64,000 nt of DNA. It comes from Podarcis cretensis. Taxonomy: Eukaryota. The translations under genes were made by a program, and so were the position numbers. Location: NCBI GenBank assembly GCA_951804945.1, contig OX638151.1, positions 64,356,001-64,420,000 of the forward strand, written 5' to 3'. How positions within the stretch are numbered: position 1 is the first letter of the stretch; every line of letters starts with the position of its first letter. Positions 12,904-26,743 of the stretch are shown piece after piece. A model generated the notes under the pieces. The model was given only the letters and a program-made list of their open reading frames with translations, had not been told where the DNA came from and searched no databases.

Positions 12904-14769
12904 GGTCAGAGTTGTCTGTTTTGCAACACAGCGGATTTCCTTTGTTGTAGCCCATTTATACTGTAGCATCTGGGCTTGACGAGGCATGTGACCCTCATCT
13001 GTCCTGAGCCTACTGCAGCTGAGGAATCACACACCTCCTCCCAGAGCTAATGAGCCCCACCTCGCCAGCTAGTGAGCTGGACTGTGGGCCCTTGCCTGCC
13101 TCAGCCTCCCAGACTAGCCATCCCACTGATCCCTACATCTCAGAGCCCACCATGTTTGTGGAGATGGGCTCCTCTGGCTCTGGAGATGGGTCCTGCTGCT
13201 CTGTTTCCTGTGCGCTGACCCCCACCCCTTGCGATCCTCCATCATCCCATGAGTACACCCTACACCAACCTCTCCTTCCCCATCCCCAGCTTGCCCTGGT
13301 GTGTCCCAGTTCTGGCTAGACCATTCACTGGGATCCTCTTCCTCTTCCCTCATGTCCAACCAGTTCACAACATGCTTTTTCCAGGGCCGTGATCTTGCAC
13401 GGTGCTCCAAAACGTGAGCCCGAAAAAGTGCATTGGGGGAGGGAAAATTGTGCCATGAAATCATGTGAGATCACAGCATCCAAAATGGCTGCCATTCTCT
13501 CATGAGAAAAAACAGGACAATGGCACTATGGAAGATTGTGTCTGGATTTTGCTGTTGAGGTGTTGGAGGGTATGATATGTGACCTGGGCCCAAGATCATC
13601 AAAGTTTGTGTACTACTATGACTTGCAATCATGTCACAGTTAGCCTGACACACCCTTATGTTTTAAAAACATCCCATAGTCACAATTTCATTCCACTCTT
13701 TAAGAAAAGAATTAAAATACCAGTGTGTCTCAGGATAAGCAGGAAGAAAACAACATATGGGGGTGGGTGGGATGTAGAGGACTGGAGCTGGAAATGTAAG
13801 GAGCAGAGGCACCATGTGCTGGTACACCCAGCCGATCTTTTGGACTACAACTCCCATCAGCCCCAGTCATGGCACAAGTTGTAGGCCAATACATATGTGG
13901 AGTGCAACAGTTTTGGGGGAAGGATGGCACTGTGCATGTCTCACTCCAACTCACAGGCAGAGAGAGTTTGTGCATCCCAGCAGGGATGTTTCCATTGCTG
14001 GCATCTACAGGGATTACCACTCAATTAATTCCTTTCAAATAATTCAGCATATAGAATATGGCTCACAGGAGGCAGATCAAGTCTTTTAAGGCTGGAGTCA
14101 GGCTCCTGCCTCCCACTGTAACAATGCTGTCCTTCCTTATTTCTGTCAAGCAGAAACACTATCAAGTTGGGCAACTAGCTTTCGGAAGAAGAAGCTGACC
14201 AGGCTGCTATGCCTGAATTAGTGATCTTGGAAAACTAGGCCAGGCCATGAGGTAATCATTTGGCAGCAACATACTGGCATGAGCCTTTTCCTGACTGCTG
14301 ACTTTTCATTTTATTGTATTAATTATCAATATATAGGAATACTTGCTTGCATATTTGAAGTCATAATTTAGTTCAGATAAAAGAGGCATTATATTTAAAT
14401 AGATTCTGCCCAACTAAGCTGGTAAATCTGATAGCAATTAAGAATAATTTGAAATAGGCCAGTAGAGTAACTCCAATTGTTCCTTAAAAGGCCAAGATTT
14501 GTTAATTCATTAATATAGTTTTAAGTGTTTACATCTCCAGATTTTCTCTATTCCTACTGCTCTTAAAAAGTAAAAAAAAAAAAACAACAGAAATTAAAAT
14601 GTGTTTATTTTTATTTCTAATGTATTTTAAATGGTGCAGTAGAATCTCTAATGTCTCCACATGTACAGTACTCTTATTCCAGGAATCACTAACACTTTCA
14701 ACGTCTTGATGGATGTTACCAGTTTTCAAAATGTTAATGTAATAGTGGAATGGACCTCTTTGGAATACA

Positions 14770-14910
14770 GTGGACTCTCCTTCATTTGAGGTTTTAAAAC
14801 AGATGTTGGATGGCCATTTGTCAGAGCTCCTCTAGCTGTCGTTTTTGCATTGCAGGGGGTTGCACGAGGTAACCTGTTGGTTTCCTTCCAACTCTACAAT
14901 TCTATGATTC
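14770..14910 (+). mobile_element. CR1 LINE 3' end fragment
   Basis: gaggttttaaaacagatgttggatggccat...ccttccaactctacaattctatgattc; CR1 ATTCTATG tail. Confidence 0.75.
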
Positions 14911-16163
14911 CTGAAAAAATCACAATTTGCACTTTATCCACTCCACAGCACCAACAATTGGCAGTATCTGATTGACATCTTTTGTTTAATTCTCAGTGTG
15001 TGTGCCAAACTACATCTATTAAATTGCTGACTGTCATTTTGACTGGTGTTTTATTTTTATAAAAGTGACGGGAAGACCAGTAATATGGATGTGTGTGTTG
15101 TGTGCGAACAAATCTACTGCCCTTTCCTAAGCCCTGTTGGCTTGCTGAGGCCAGGGGAAGAGGTGGCTTTTCCTTACCTCCCCCTCATGCTGTCATCCCT
15201 TCCCATAATTAAATATGCCAACTCAGGGGCTGGCATAGTTGAAGCTTCTTTTGAGAGAGTGCCAGGGAATGAGAGGGTTTGAAATCCTCAGCTGCCACTG
15301 ACATACCCTCACCATTGGTGGGACACTTCCATCAGCAGGATATTTGTGCCTGTGGAGCTTTCTGTGGGCATATCCAGTAGGTGTGTCACTTCAGCAGTGC
15401 GGCTTCTTTTCCACTGCACTTATACACCACTTCCTACGAATTCAGTTGATTCAGGTTGTGAGGCTGCACCCTAGTTGATGTTAACGATGGCCATATAATG
15501 AAATGGAGCACAGATGGAATATTACTGTTTCAAATGAGTAATAGCATTTGACACATTTGATGACATGCGAGATTTCTAGGAAGATAATCACTGTCTAGAA
15601 AAGATTCCAAGGAAAGCTATGAGGAACAAATAAAAAATTTAGGAAGCCTGCCAGGTGAAGACTGAAGGGAGGAGAAGGAAAGGTTTAGAGAAAGGACAAC
15701 ACTCTGAAAAAGTTAGAAAGAAGAGGCAGGTTTTTTGAGAGATTGTAAAAAGAATTGCCTTGCTGGATCACCCTGAGGTCCATCCAGTTCATCATCCTGT
15801 TTGCAGCTATGGTCAAGCCAAAGTCTCCAGAAGCTCACAAAAAGGCTATGAAGTGAAAGAATCATTGAGTTGGAGGTAGAAGTATGGCGTGAACAGCAAC
15901 AACCAGTACTATTATACCCTCTCCTCCTCTTCCTGTTCCTCCCACCCACTGTTGGACTGTTTATAGCTTCCTCCTCCTCCTCCAGTTCCTTTGTTGGTTC
16001 ACTTCCCATGAGGCATCCCAAAGCAATTTACAACATAATAAAGACATGTATAATAAAATTGTTGCATATATATAAAACTATTAAAACAATTGCACATACA
16101 AATTCATTTTAAAAAACAACAACAACTATAGATTTGTTAAAATATCAACAACATGTAAATAAC

Positions 16164-16310
16164 TAGGGTTTTTTCTGGGGATATTCAAAGGTACGTCGTA
16201 CTGGCACCTCCCCCCCCCCCATTAAAAGTGTGGCACTTACTGAGTTAAAAAAAAAAAGAAGTGTGACACTTACTGTAACAGGCAGCTTTTTTTCTTAAAA
16301 AAAAGCACTG
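16164..16310. mobile_element. Short non-autonomous DNA transposon (MITE), degraded
   Basis: Flanked by direct repeat tgtaaataac (16154-16163, 16311-16320); right end aaaaaaagcactg, left end an imperfect inverse. Confidence 0.5.
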
Positions 16311-17489
16311 TGTAAATAACTGACAAAAAAATCACTAAAAACCAACCAACCAACTGCGAAGTTTTGCTTAAACAAGCAGAGGGTCTTGAAAACGAATGTT
16401 GCTCCTATTAGCTGTACTTTAGCCAAGGAAGACTGGAGCATTATGTTTATTCTTTGTGTGACTATAGAAATGAAAACACATCCTTAGCAACCTCTTTTGG
16501 ATAAGGAAGGGTTAATGAGACTCAGTAAAACATTGACAACCAGGAGGGGCTCCCTCAAGTGAGATGATAAAAACAAGGCTGCACCTGGATGCCGGCAATT
16601 TGCAGACAGACACATTCTGGTCAGCCCTTTTGCTCAGCCGCTTTGTTCTGCCAGCTGCCTTGGTGCTTTGGATGCAGGTGGAAGCGTGGACTTTGCTATC
16701 TATAAAAATGTTTAATAGTGAAGACCAACTTCCGCTTCACCTCTCAAGGGATCAAGGTTAGGCGTGTGTTGCTATGCCAGACAGCACAGCAAAGCAGCAC
16801 AGGGCAGGTGGGCAAGAGCCACTGTGCCTAGCTCTAAGATGGAAGCCTCTCTGTGGCAGAAAGCACACAGTGAGAATTTTGCATCTTTGGGGGTGAAAGG
16901 AAGGCAAGGAGAGGGGAGGCAGCCAGCTTCTCTAGACAGTGCACAGAGGGGCCAGGCATCCAATTCAAATAAATTAATTTCCACCCAGGAGGAGTGTGGT
17001 GCACCCGTTCTACCAGGGAGCTATTGTTTTTGCTCATGTATGCTAATGTGAAGAGATGGATCGCTCCACAGGAACAGGGATGCCCAACATAGTGTGGTTG
17101 GCAGAGCAGCTCTCACAAAGAACCTGAGAATTTATGCCTTGCTCTTTGCTTGTTAATGTGGAAATAAAAGGGCCCACCTGCTACTTGAAGTCATGATCAC
17201 TGGCAGAGTGCAAGCGGGGGAAGGCTCTGGGTAAAGCTTTATAAAAGGGAAATAGAGCTGCAGTCAGTTTCTGTGGTCCTTGTCTTTTGAATTAGTGGAA
17301 TCACACCATGTTCCGTTGTGATGGAGAAGGGCTAAGGTTCAAAGAGCTGCTCTTGAATACTTTTTTTTTTTAAGTACAGTATTGTATTTTAAATACATTT
17401 GCTTTTATCCACCTTATAAGGAATGGCATGTGGACAGGAATACAAGCGTGAGGAAATGATCTCTCCTCCCTAGTGTGGTGTTGGAGTAA

Positions 17490-17650
17490 GACCTGGGACA
17501 CCACTTCAGTCACAAAGCTCAATGAGTGACCCTGGGCCAGTCATTGCCTCTCAGCCTAAACTACCTCACAAGGTTGTTGCGAGGTTTAAATGAGGAGGGA
17601 GAGACCCTGCACACCACCTTGAATTCCTTGGATAAAAAGGTGGGATTTAA
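17490..17650 (+). mobile_element. Older CORE/MIR-like SINE with L2-type tail; host of the adjacent Sauria SINE
   Basis: gtgaccctgggccagtcattgcctctcagcctaaactacctcacaaggttgttg core-like sequence. Confidence 0.6.
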
Positions 17651-17660
17651 GAGCAATTAA

Positions 17661-18000
17661 GGGACACGGGTGGTGCTGTGGGTTAAACCACAGAGCCTAG
17701 GACTTGCCAATCAGAAGGTCGGCGGTTCGAATCCCCATGACGGGGTGAGCTCCCGTTGCTCGGTTCCTGCTCCTGCCAACCTAGCAGTTCAAAAGCATGT
17801 CAAAGTGCAAGTAGATAAATAGGTACCGCTCCAGCGGGAAGGTAAACGGCGTTTCTGTGCGCTGCTCTGGTCCGTCATGCTGGCCACATGACCCGGAAGC
17901 TGTATGCCGGCTCCCTCGGCCAATAAAGTGAGATGAGCGCCACAACCCCAGAGTCGGCCACAACTAGACCTAATGGTCAGGGGTTCCTTTACCTTTACCT
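17661..18000 (+). mobile_element. Sauria SINE, full length
   Basis: tRNA-like head with B box ggttcgaatcc; (ACCTTT)n tail; TSD taag(a/t)gcaattaa at 17648-17660 and 18000-18012. Confidence 0.92.
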
Positions 18001-21000
18001 AAGTGCAATTAAGCAAGCAATAAAGGCACCCTTTTATGAATGTATTTTAGGGTCAGACTAGGCATAGCCTTAATTGTACAGCAATTTTAAAATATTCCTC
18101 CGTGTCCGGTAATGGTTTCTTGATTTTCTATATATATTTTTCAAAAAAATTCCTGTAACCTCTCTCCCCCCTCCCCGGTAAGTATGTCATATGAGTCACT
18201 GATACTTCCCTCCCCAATTTCAAGTACACCTACTATTGTATTGCACTTTGTCTTTCAACTTGGATTTGCAGGTGTGTCCCACAAAGGCGTCACATACATT
18301 GAATGGACAGTGTGTGTAGTGAATGTACAGTATGCACAAACATTGAAAACACAGCCTGGCTAAGTCCTTCCCTGCACTGCAGAGGAATTACCACACTGAA
18401 CTGGAAAAACACATTTCAAGAATCATTCCTGCTCCCTCCAAAAGCCTTTTTCAATTAGCCATACATTTTTGAATAATCAAAACAAACATTTTTTGAGCGG
18501 CTGCCAGCAGATGGCATCTCCCTGTCCATTCTCCAAAGAGAAGCAAAAACTTTTCCGTGTAGGGCAGCCAACTCAGCACTTTGCAAAAAATGACAGGAAA
18601 GACAGATTGGGTTGGAACCATCATTAGGAAGCAGGATAAACACAATGTTTCTTAAATAAATACTCTTGCATGATTTACCCACTACTGGTTGGAAACAGAA
18701 TATTAAAGCACTGGGATTCTTTCTCAGGTTCCACAGAATTTTGCACGTGTGCCTCATATGAGACTTTTGCTGTTTGATCTACTATTTTGGTTTCTTTTGG
18801 TGCATGTAATGCATTTTATAATTTTCACTGCATTGTTAGATTTCATATTTGAAACTGGAAGCTGCCACTAGAGCTGTATATTTTGGCTAGTTGGTTACAG
18901 GAAAAATAAATGATGCAACTGAGGATCAATACAATTAATACAACTTCACCCGAGTATAATCTCTAGCCCTACATTAAGATAATGGACTGAAGAGTGCACA
19001 CATCTGTGTTGGAGCAGGCCAGACACTGGTGGTCTTCCTCAGAGACCCTTCTCCATGTGTCCCACACAAGGTGAGATGCGTGGAGGGTGGTTGCATGAGT
19101 ACAGGCCTTTTCACTGGTGGCCCCCATCTGTGGAATGCTCTTTCCAGGGAGATATGGCTAGCACTTTGTTTTCCAGTCTACGTGCTACATCATAATACTT
19201 CTATGAGTACAGCTAGCGAAACTTCAAAATTACATCTGAATCTCAATGAGGCTTTGGTTTGTTGCAAGTTTATTCTTCAATAAAGTGCTACGCATGCTTT
19301 CAAAGCTGGTTTAAGAAATCAGTTGGTGTCTTAGCACTAAAGAGTAGTATATACTTTTGGCAAGAAACTGCATTCTACTGGACAAACGTCTGTTGATGAA
19401 ACAGATTGTAATATAACAGCTTGCACACCTACATGAACAATTTTGGGTAACTTTCTAACTTGCACATTTCAATAACTTGAACTGGTCTAACAAAAAAAAT
19501 TGCTATTTTACCTGGTTGCTTACATGTATTTCTTCAAAAGAAGAAATATAATTATAGGCTGCATTTCTTTATGCAAAATAGAAGTCATATTATTGCAACA
19601 AGGAATGTAACTAAGAGTCTCTGGTGCAGGGAGCTAAGCCTTAAACACTTTCTGGGACTAAGCAAAGATCTGAAAAATATTTTAATTTTTGTATGATATA
19701 TGTAAGATTGCTTCTGCTAGATTGTATTCGTTAGGGATTATTTGGTTTCTTTCTTCATAGCCACAAGTGTAAATTTTACCCAAGTTTTGATGGCTTTCCA
19801 TTTTCCTATAACTAAATATTTCTTCCTTTCAACTGCTACCTGCCAAATAACTTATAAGTTATCTCTTTCGAAGTGGAAAGAGGGGAAAGACAATTAAGAT
19901 GCGCATGACCTAACCTTCTCCCTTTAAGTATTTTTTAAAGTAGCAATTATGTCAGCAGGATATGTGATGTACAGAATATTTGTTTGGAATGTTCCTCTCA
20001 GTACCACTTCAGAGCCAAAAGTAAATGCACCTCAAGCAATATTAATATAGTTGATACTTAATTCATTGAAATATTTTAACAAGCAATTTTATGATTAGTG
20101 TGTGCGTTCCCACTCACACACGCTGTAGTTTTAAAAGTGATGGCAATTAGATAAGAGTAATCAAAGCAGGAAATAGGTGTTCCTGGAGAGCAAAGCTCCC
20201 TTGAGCTGTCATACTTTCTCCCGCCCTCTGATTTCCACATTTGGATTCTGAATGGCTGTGAAGATGCTTGCTCTGTGACAGCACAACTCAATTTCGTGTC
20301 GGATCAGCATGGACAGCTGTGGCTTTCAACAATGGAAGCCATTGTTGGGTCCTGAAAGTTAATGTGATTATGCAAATGTTGCTCTAACTACCCGGGCTCT
20401 CTTATACTCTTCACAAATGAGCACATTGTCACATTTCATTATGTGCATCCAGTCCTGCTGGTTTGGTGGTATCATTATATCTCTCAGAAATGGACCACAT
20501 CAAGACTGCTCGCTGCTGGTATTGGGCAGAGAAAACCAACTCTGACCCACAAACAAGGATTTGTGTGTGTGTTGCGGGGGGCGGGGGCGGGGGTTGTAGC
20601 TTGACTGATTCTCTATATTAGTTCTGACTGACTTTGGAGGGCCAAGAATTGTAGATAGAACTACAAGACAGAATCTGGTCCAGGAATAGACTTTGAACCA
20701 TTTCTGGCTCCCAAGAATGTACGTATATATGTGAACAGGTTTTCCTTCATTTGCACACCTCACCATTTGTACAATTCTGTTAACAGGAGCCGGATTCCTG
20801 AATAGCTCTGATTCAACAGATTGATTGCTGATGTGCAAGTTCTGTGGTTGTCCATCTCTGACAGTTTGCTGCCATGTGTTTGCAGCCCTAGGAATCACTC
20901 CCCACAATTATAACATAAAATGTGAAGCCCCGCCTTATAATGTGTTGTTTCTTTCTAAGAGCTGAACCTTCCATTGAAAGCATGGATTCAGTGCCACTTC

Positions 21001-21361
21001 TAGTAGTAAAGACTTGAAAATGGTTTCACGCTGAGTTGGGGGAGAGAAGCGGGGCTTTTGTTCTAGTTCTTGTTGGTGTTGTTCCATTTGTTTATACTGT
21101 ATATCAATGCACCCAGTGCTTTACAAAGAATAGGAGGGCAAGCCCCTGTCCAGAAGACCTTACAATATAAAATTCTAAAATGTGACACAGAGATAGAAAA
21201 CAAGAAGGGGAAAGAGATGGAAATGGAGATGGGACAAAGGGGGGGGGAGAATACACACTTGTTTCAGGTATACATCCTAAGGCTTAGGGCATAATCCAAA
21301 AGCTGTTGGAAACCAGGCTGAGGAGAGGTGGCTTAGGTGTTGCTCCACTGGCAATATGTTT

Positions 21362-21740
21362 GTTTATTACCCACACTTCACGCTAAGGTCCCAGGGCAGG
21401 TTAAAGCGTTAAAACACTATATAAACTACTTCCATGTTTCAAAAGCCAGGATAAAGACTGAGGTGCGTCTTAAGCATTCTTTGAAAGCTGTACAATGAAG
21501 GTGCCAGACACACCTCTATGGGCAGGGAGTTCTGCATTAGGGGCTGCCACAGATACTGCCCTCCTTCAGGCCAGTACCCCCTGAGCCTCTGAGGGACAAG
21601 AACTACCAACAGGCACCCCCTGCTGATCTCTGCACCTGAGAGGTTCTGTAGGGAAGGAGGCAGTCCTTCAGATATTTGGGGCACGAGTCATTTAGGGCTT
21701 TAAACACCAACATCAACACCTTGAAATGGGCCTGGATGAT
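21362..21740 (-). mobile_element. L2 LINE 3' fragment, degraded
   Basis: Minus-strand peptides FKVLMLVFKALNDSCPKYLKDCLLPY and NSLP...SLYSFQRMLKTHL resemble the L2 ORF2 C-terminus. Confidence 0.7.
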
Positions 21741-24700
21741 GGCAGTCATGCCAACACATACACACATAACCCCCCAAAGAGCCTTCAATTATGCTAGTTG
21801 GGACTGATGTGGTTAATTTTCTCTCATTCATGAAAGTGGAAAGGAAAACACGGTTTCAAAAAAACGCAGGGTGGGGGAAAGCTACCTCACACACACTGAC
21901 TTCAAAGAAGCTGGAAGCATTTTGAAAGCGGTGGTAGCTCCCCCACTATAGGATTGCTGTGCCTGCTACAACGGGACACGGAACTTCATGTGTTATGCCT
22001 AGTGATGCTCCTGAAAGTCCAGTTTGGAGGGCTGAAAAGGCCAAGGTGTGTGCCAAGCCATGTTCTCTTCCTAACAAACTTAAATATTCTTGTAATTCCA
22101 ATGGAAATTGATTACAGGTTAATTTGATGTTTCTGTGCATTTTGCACAACTAAGCATCAATTACTACCATCTTTGTACATGTTAAAATGTTGTAACTGGG
22201 GATAGAAGAGAAATTTGATGCATCTTACATTCAAAGGTGAGCTTACTTACCTAATTCACTGTCCAAAACAATACATGAACAAAAACACAGCCACTGTTCA
22301 AAATTCACACTTCTCCGAATTTTGCAATGCAGTTCTCCAGCCACCTAATGTATACAAAAAGGCATATGCCACATACATATATTATATTAGTGGAAATGTT
22401 TCACAAAAATGTGTACATTGGGAGAAAGTCACACTAAAATGCTAGTGAATTTTCATGAGGACATTAAAAATATTTTCCTCAAACTGATGTGGATGTAGAG
22501 AATGGACCTGAAGATTGGGAAAAAATGAGAAACCAGAACCAACCGATTTGCCCATCTGTACCTGCTACTCAGGTTTGCCATTTCAGATGTGGTTCTCAAA
22601 CAGAACAGATCCCTTTCCTCTTTATGAACTGCAAATCTCAAAAGTGGCACTTTAGTAGTAGGAGTCCCAGCATACTGTTGTAAGTATGTATATTTTTAAA
22701 AAGTTGAAGTGCCTGAGTCAAAAATGTAGGGCACAGGTGTTTTGGGGTCATTCATTTCTCAGCGCTGTTTATGAGAAGATCCCAAACACATTCAGAGAAT
22801 GCTGTTTTGGTGCAGTGCCAGCCATCAAAACCTGACAGGAAAAAACAGGTGTATCTGGTGATGACATGCACAGCGTACAATAAGAATCAGACTGTAGAAA
22901 CATTCACATTCATTAAAGGAGCTGCCATTACATTTTTTCTTCAAAAGCCATGATGAAGAATACACTGCACAATTAGGCAATTTTCACAAATGGGACATTT
23001 TCAGCACCCAGCTTCAAGACAACTGGTAAGTTGAGGGAAGGCAAGAGGTCAAAAGAGACTGTGGCTGTTTGTGTATGCTGAAACACCAAAATCCTGGATG
23101 ACAGTGGGGCCCACAATACAAAATTGCAGCCTTGTTAATAAAATAAAAGTCCACACAAGTTTATAGCCGGCAGCAAAGAAAAATCCTAGACTGCTGGAAG
23201 CTAGCAGAAGAGAGAAGGTGTGTGTGAGAGAGAAACCTTTGCCTTCCTTCAGCGGATTCATGCATTTCAATGTTGGGAGAGATGCAGCACTCCACTTTTC
23301 CTCACCTAAATACTATTCCGTATTTCTGTATTAGCTCATAGGCTAACACAAAGCTTCAATACAGAGATAGAAGCTAGGAGAGCTGGATAAATCCTGGCTC
23401 TGTAGAGCAGGGTGAGTTGCAACAAACACATATCAAGTGTTTTTGTACCCAGAGATATCAAGAAGCGCCTGTAACTATAAAGCAATAATAAAGGCAACAT
23501 CTTTGTTCCTTGAAACTTGTAAATATTGATGTCAAATTGAACACATGCACCACAATCTAGAGTTTGATGCGTGTGTATCTAAGTGTGCACCTCTTACTGC
23601 TCTATAACATCCCCGTTGGTTTGTGTCTGCTGATGTTCCTAGACTGAAATGAATGGGGACGCATGCAGAGTGGTCTCTCGAAAGAACAGCACTATGGCTG
23701 GGGAGCTCTGTGCATGCATCAGAGTGCTTTCCTCCCAGATTGCTAATATATACACACATATATACTGCAGGCTCATTTGGGGTGTTTTTGTGAATGTCAG
23801 ATGCATAGGCACATTATAAATGTGAATATGCAGCTACTTGATTTCCATGCCACATACTTGTTATATATGTATGTATGCATGCATGCATGCATGCATGCAA
23901 TAACAGTATGTATATGGCAATTAACAAATTCTGTACATGATTGGGCTAGCATTGTAACGGCTTAATTTTGTGAGTTCTCCAGGGCAACTGAAACAATCAG
24001 GATTAAAAATTACTGATGTAATGTTGAGGGCATTGCTTCACTGGGAGCTCTGTAAAAGCATGCCTGATGAAGATTAATCACCATACACATATATGGAAAG
24101 TAATGACATCACACTTCGCACACACCATCATTCTCCGTAGGCATAGATCCAGAAAAGCTAACATGAAACCACCTGGGTGATTTATCATGAATTAAGACAC
24201 CAAGTACCTCCTTTACTATTTATGTTAACTTAACTTAACTTTATTACTTTGTGTAATTTTGCGGTTGTGAATTTGACAGGAACTGTTGTACAATGGACCT
24301 GTATATAATCTGCAGAAGTCCTGCAATGTAACCTGCACACCTATTGGGTTGCTGTTGTAGTTTAAAGTTGTCTTCAACCTTTGCAGACCCAGGACCACCT
24401 TTAACCCAAATGTGCATTGGGACACCCACTTCTCTTTTTTACCATGTCTTTAGGGCTGTTGTGACCCACTTTAAGTCATGTTGCAACTCAGTAGTGAGTC
24501 CTGGCTCACCTGTTGAAGACCATTAATCTAGTAGATTGACGACTGCCAGGGCCACTGCTGGACCAGCCCAGTCATATAATCAAGGACATTCCTATGTATT
24601 TAAAAGAGGGCACATGATTATGAAACAAATCTGCATAACAAATGCATCGGCTCTGCAAGTGTGTAGGTCTGTAGATTATTTATATATATGATGGGACATG

Positions 24701-25079
24701 AGATATGGGGCCCAGTCCAAAAGACCAGGAGCATGGGCACCTCTCTAACAATGCCCTTACATAGAATTATTGTCAGGGAGAATCTGGAGGAGCAAGTGAC
24801 AGAAGAGGCGGAGCAGGGGCTCGGGGATGCTGTGGAGCTCTTCAACCACCCAGAGGCTCTGGAAGGGAGGTTGCTTTCACATCAGCACAGACAAGGAGGG
24901 AAATGAAACGGATCAAAGACATCTCGTGCGATTCCGATGCCTACTTTATTGGCACGGGAATTGAAGGAAGCCACTCCCTGAATCTGACTCAACGGGTTCG
25001 GATGCATAATTCTGAACTGTAGCTGTTTCTTGTACATATGTAATAAATACTGTAAATACCAAGCTGACTGTGCCAGAGT

Positions 25080-25237
25080 CAGTGGCGTAGCGTGGGGGGT
25101 GCAGGGGGGGCCGGCCGCACCGGGCGCAACATCTGGGGGTTAGGGTTAGGGATAGGGTTAGGGGGCGCAAATCCAGGGTTAGGGGGCGCCAATTACTTGC
25201 CTTGCCCCGGGTGCTGACAACCCACGCTACGCCACTG
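25080..25237. mobile_element. hAT-type MITE (158 bp) with internal TTAGGG repeats
   Basis: Perfect 17-bp TIRs cagtggcgtagcgtggg; perfect 8-bp TSD gccagagt (25072-25079, 25238-25245). Confidence 0.93.
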
Positions 25238-26399
25238 GCCAGAGTTACTGTGAAGGGGAGACACCACCTTTACAATTATAGAGTTGAAAAGGACCTCAAC
25301 GGTCCTGAGCCCATCCCTCTCCCAATGCAGGAAGCCCATTACTACACGGCGCCCATTCAGGTTTGCCATCCAGGAGCTAAATTTTATCCAGAGTAGACTT
25401 ATAAAAATTAATTGACCTAGCTTGGTCATGTTCATTAATTTCTGTGGATCTACTCTGAGTAAAACAGCTGAATGCAACCTTCCCGCCAGCCTCTGCTTCA
25501 GTGAAAAAGTGTCCATTTCCTTCTGTTCTATCAACTGATGGCTCAAACTTCATCAAGTTCTTCCTAATATTTTGTCTACATTCTTTTACTTTTATTTATG
25601 GAACTGTTTCCCTAATTATAGCTTCTATATATTTGATATGTACAATATATTGCTTGTACTAATTAAATAATACAGGTTTGTTTCTTCGACAATTTGTTTG
25701 GCATCGAACCATATTATGACTGGAGTAATTTCTGGAATAGCTTCCTCATAGACTTGACTGGTACTTATGTTATGAATTTTTAGGTGCCAGTGAAGGCATC
25801 TTTTACTTCTCCAAACATTTCAACTTATGACAGGTATGCATTCTTGCTGTTCTGAAAAGACTTGCACCAAATATCTTTTCCATTTGCAAATTCTTATGAT
25901 AGCTTTATATTGATTTTATGTTGCTGGCTTTGGGGTAGGTGAGATGTGTGCTGATTTGTATTGTATATTCATTTCTCATTTAAAAGTGAACCACCCTAAC
26001 AAAACAAAAACATGGTCATCTATGAAAATGTGCAGTTCTCTGGATTTTGCAATGCAGCTCTCAAGCTGAAATGTCTAAAAAAAATGCATATTCTGAGGTA
26101 AAGTGTGCATTAAAATATATATGTTAGTGGAAGCATAATAAAAAAATGAATTGCATTGGGGAAATTGCTCTTAAAAATGTGTCTTAGGAGAAATTTGTAC
26201 TCAAATGCTGATAAATTTCCATGAAGACTCCCCTCCCCCTTCTGAAAAACAACAACAATGAACTGGTGTGAAAATGTGGAAAACTTAGGATTAGAAAAAT
26301 GAGAAACTTCCATCTCTACCTGCAAGTCAATCAGCGAGCAATGCATGGCCTCCATGTTCTTTTCAAACAAAAGGTCTCCGTGAGGGCTACTTTCTCTCT

Positions 26400-26743
26400 T
26401 TAAAGCCTCAGCGCCTAGGACTTGCCGATCGAAAGGTCGGCGGTTCGAATCCCTGCGGCGGGGTGCGCTCCCGCTGCTCGGTCCCAGCGCCTGCCAACCT
26501 AGCAGTTCGAAAGCACCTCCGGGTGCAAGTAGATAAATAGGGACCGCTTACCAGCGGGAAGGTAAACGGCGTTTCCGTGTGCGGCTCTGGCTCTGGCCAG
26601 AGCAGCGATGTCACGCTGGCCACGTGACCCGGAAGTGTCTCCGGACAGCGCTGGCCCCTGGCCTCTTGAGTGAGATGGGCGCACAACCCCAGAGTCTGTC
26701 AAGACTGGCCCGTACGGGCAGGGGTACCTTTACCTTTACCTTT
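26400..26743 (+). mobile_element. Sauria SINE, young subfamily, slightly 5'-truncated
   Basis: B box ggttcgaatcc, CpG-rich body, (ACCTTT)3 tail; near-identical to the 59415-59783 copy. Confidence 0.92.

Noticed and set aside
17661-17745. tRNA gene (A/B boxes, GGTTCGAATCC)
   Set aside because: tRNA-derived SINE head; it continues into the SINE body and forms no complete cloverleaf.
25137-25190. TTAGGG run as a chromosome-end or fusion relic
   Set aside because: Only a few units, fully enclosed by TIRs and a TSD; it is transposon cargo.
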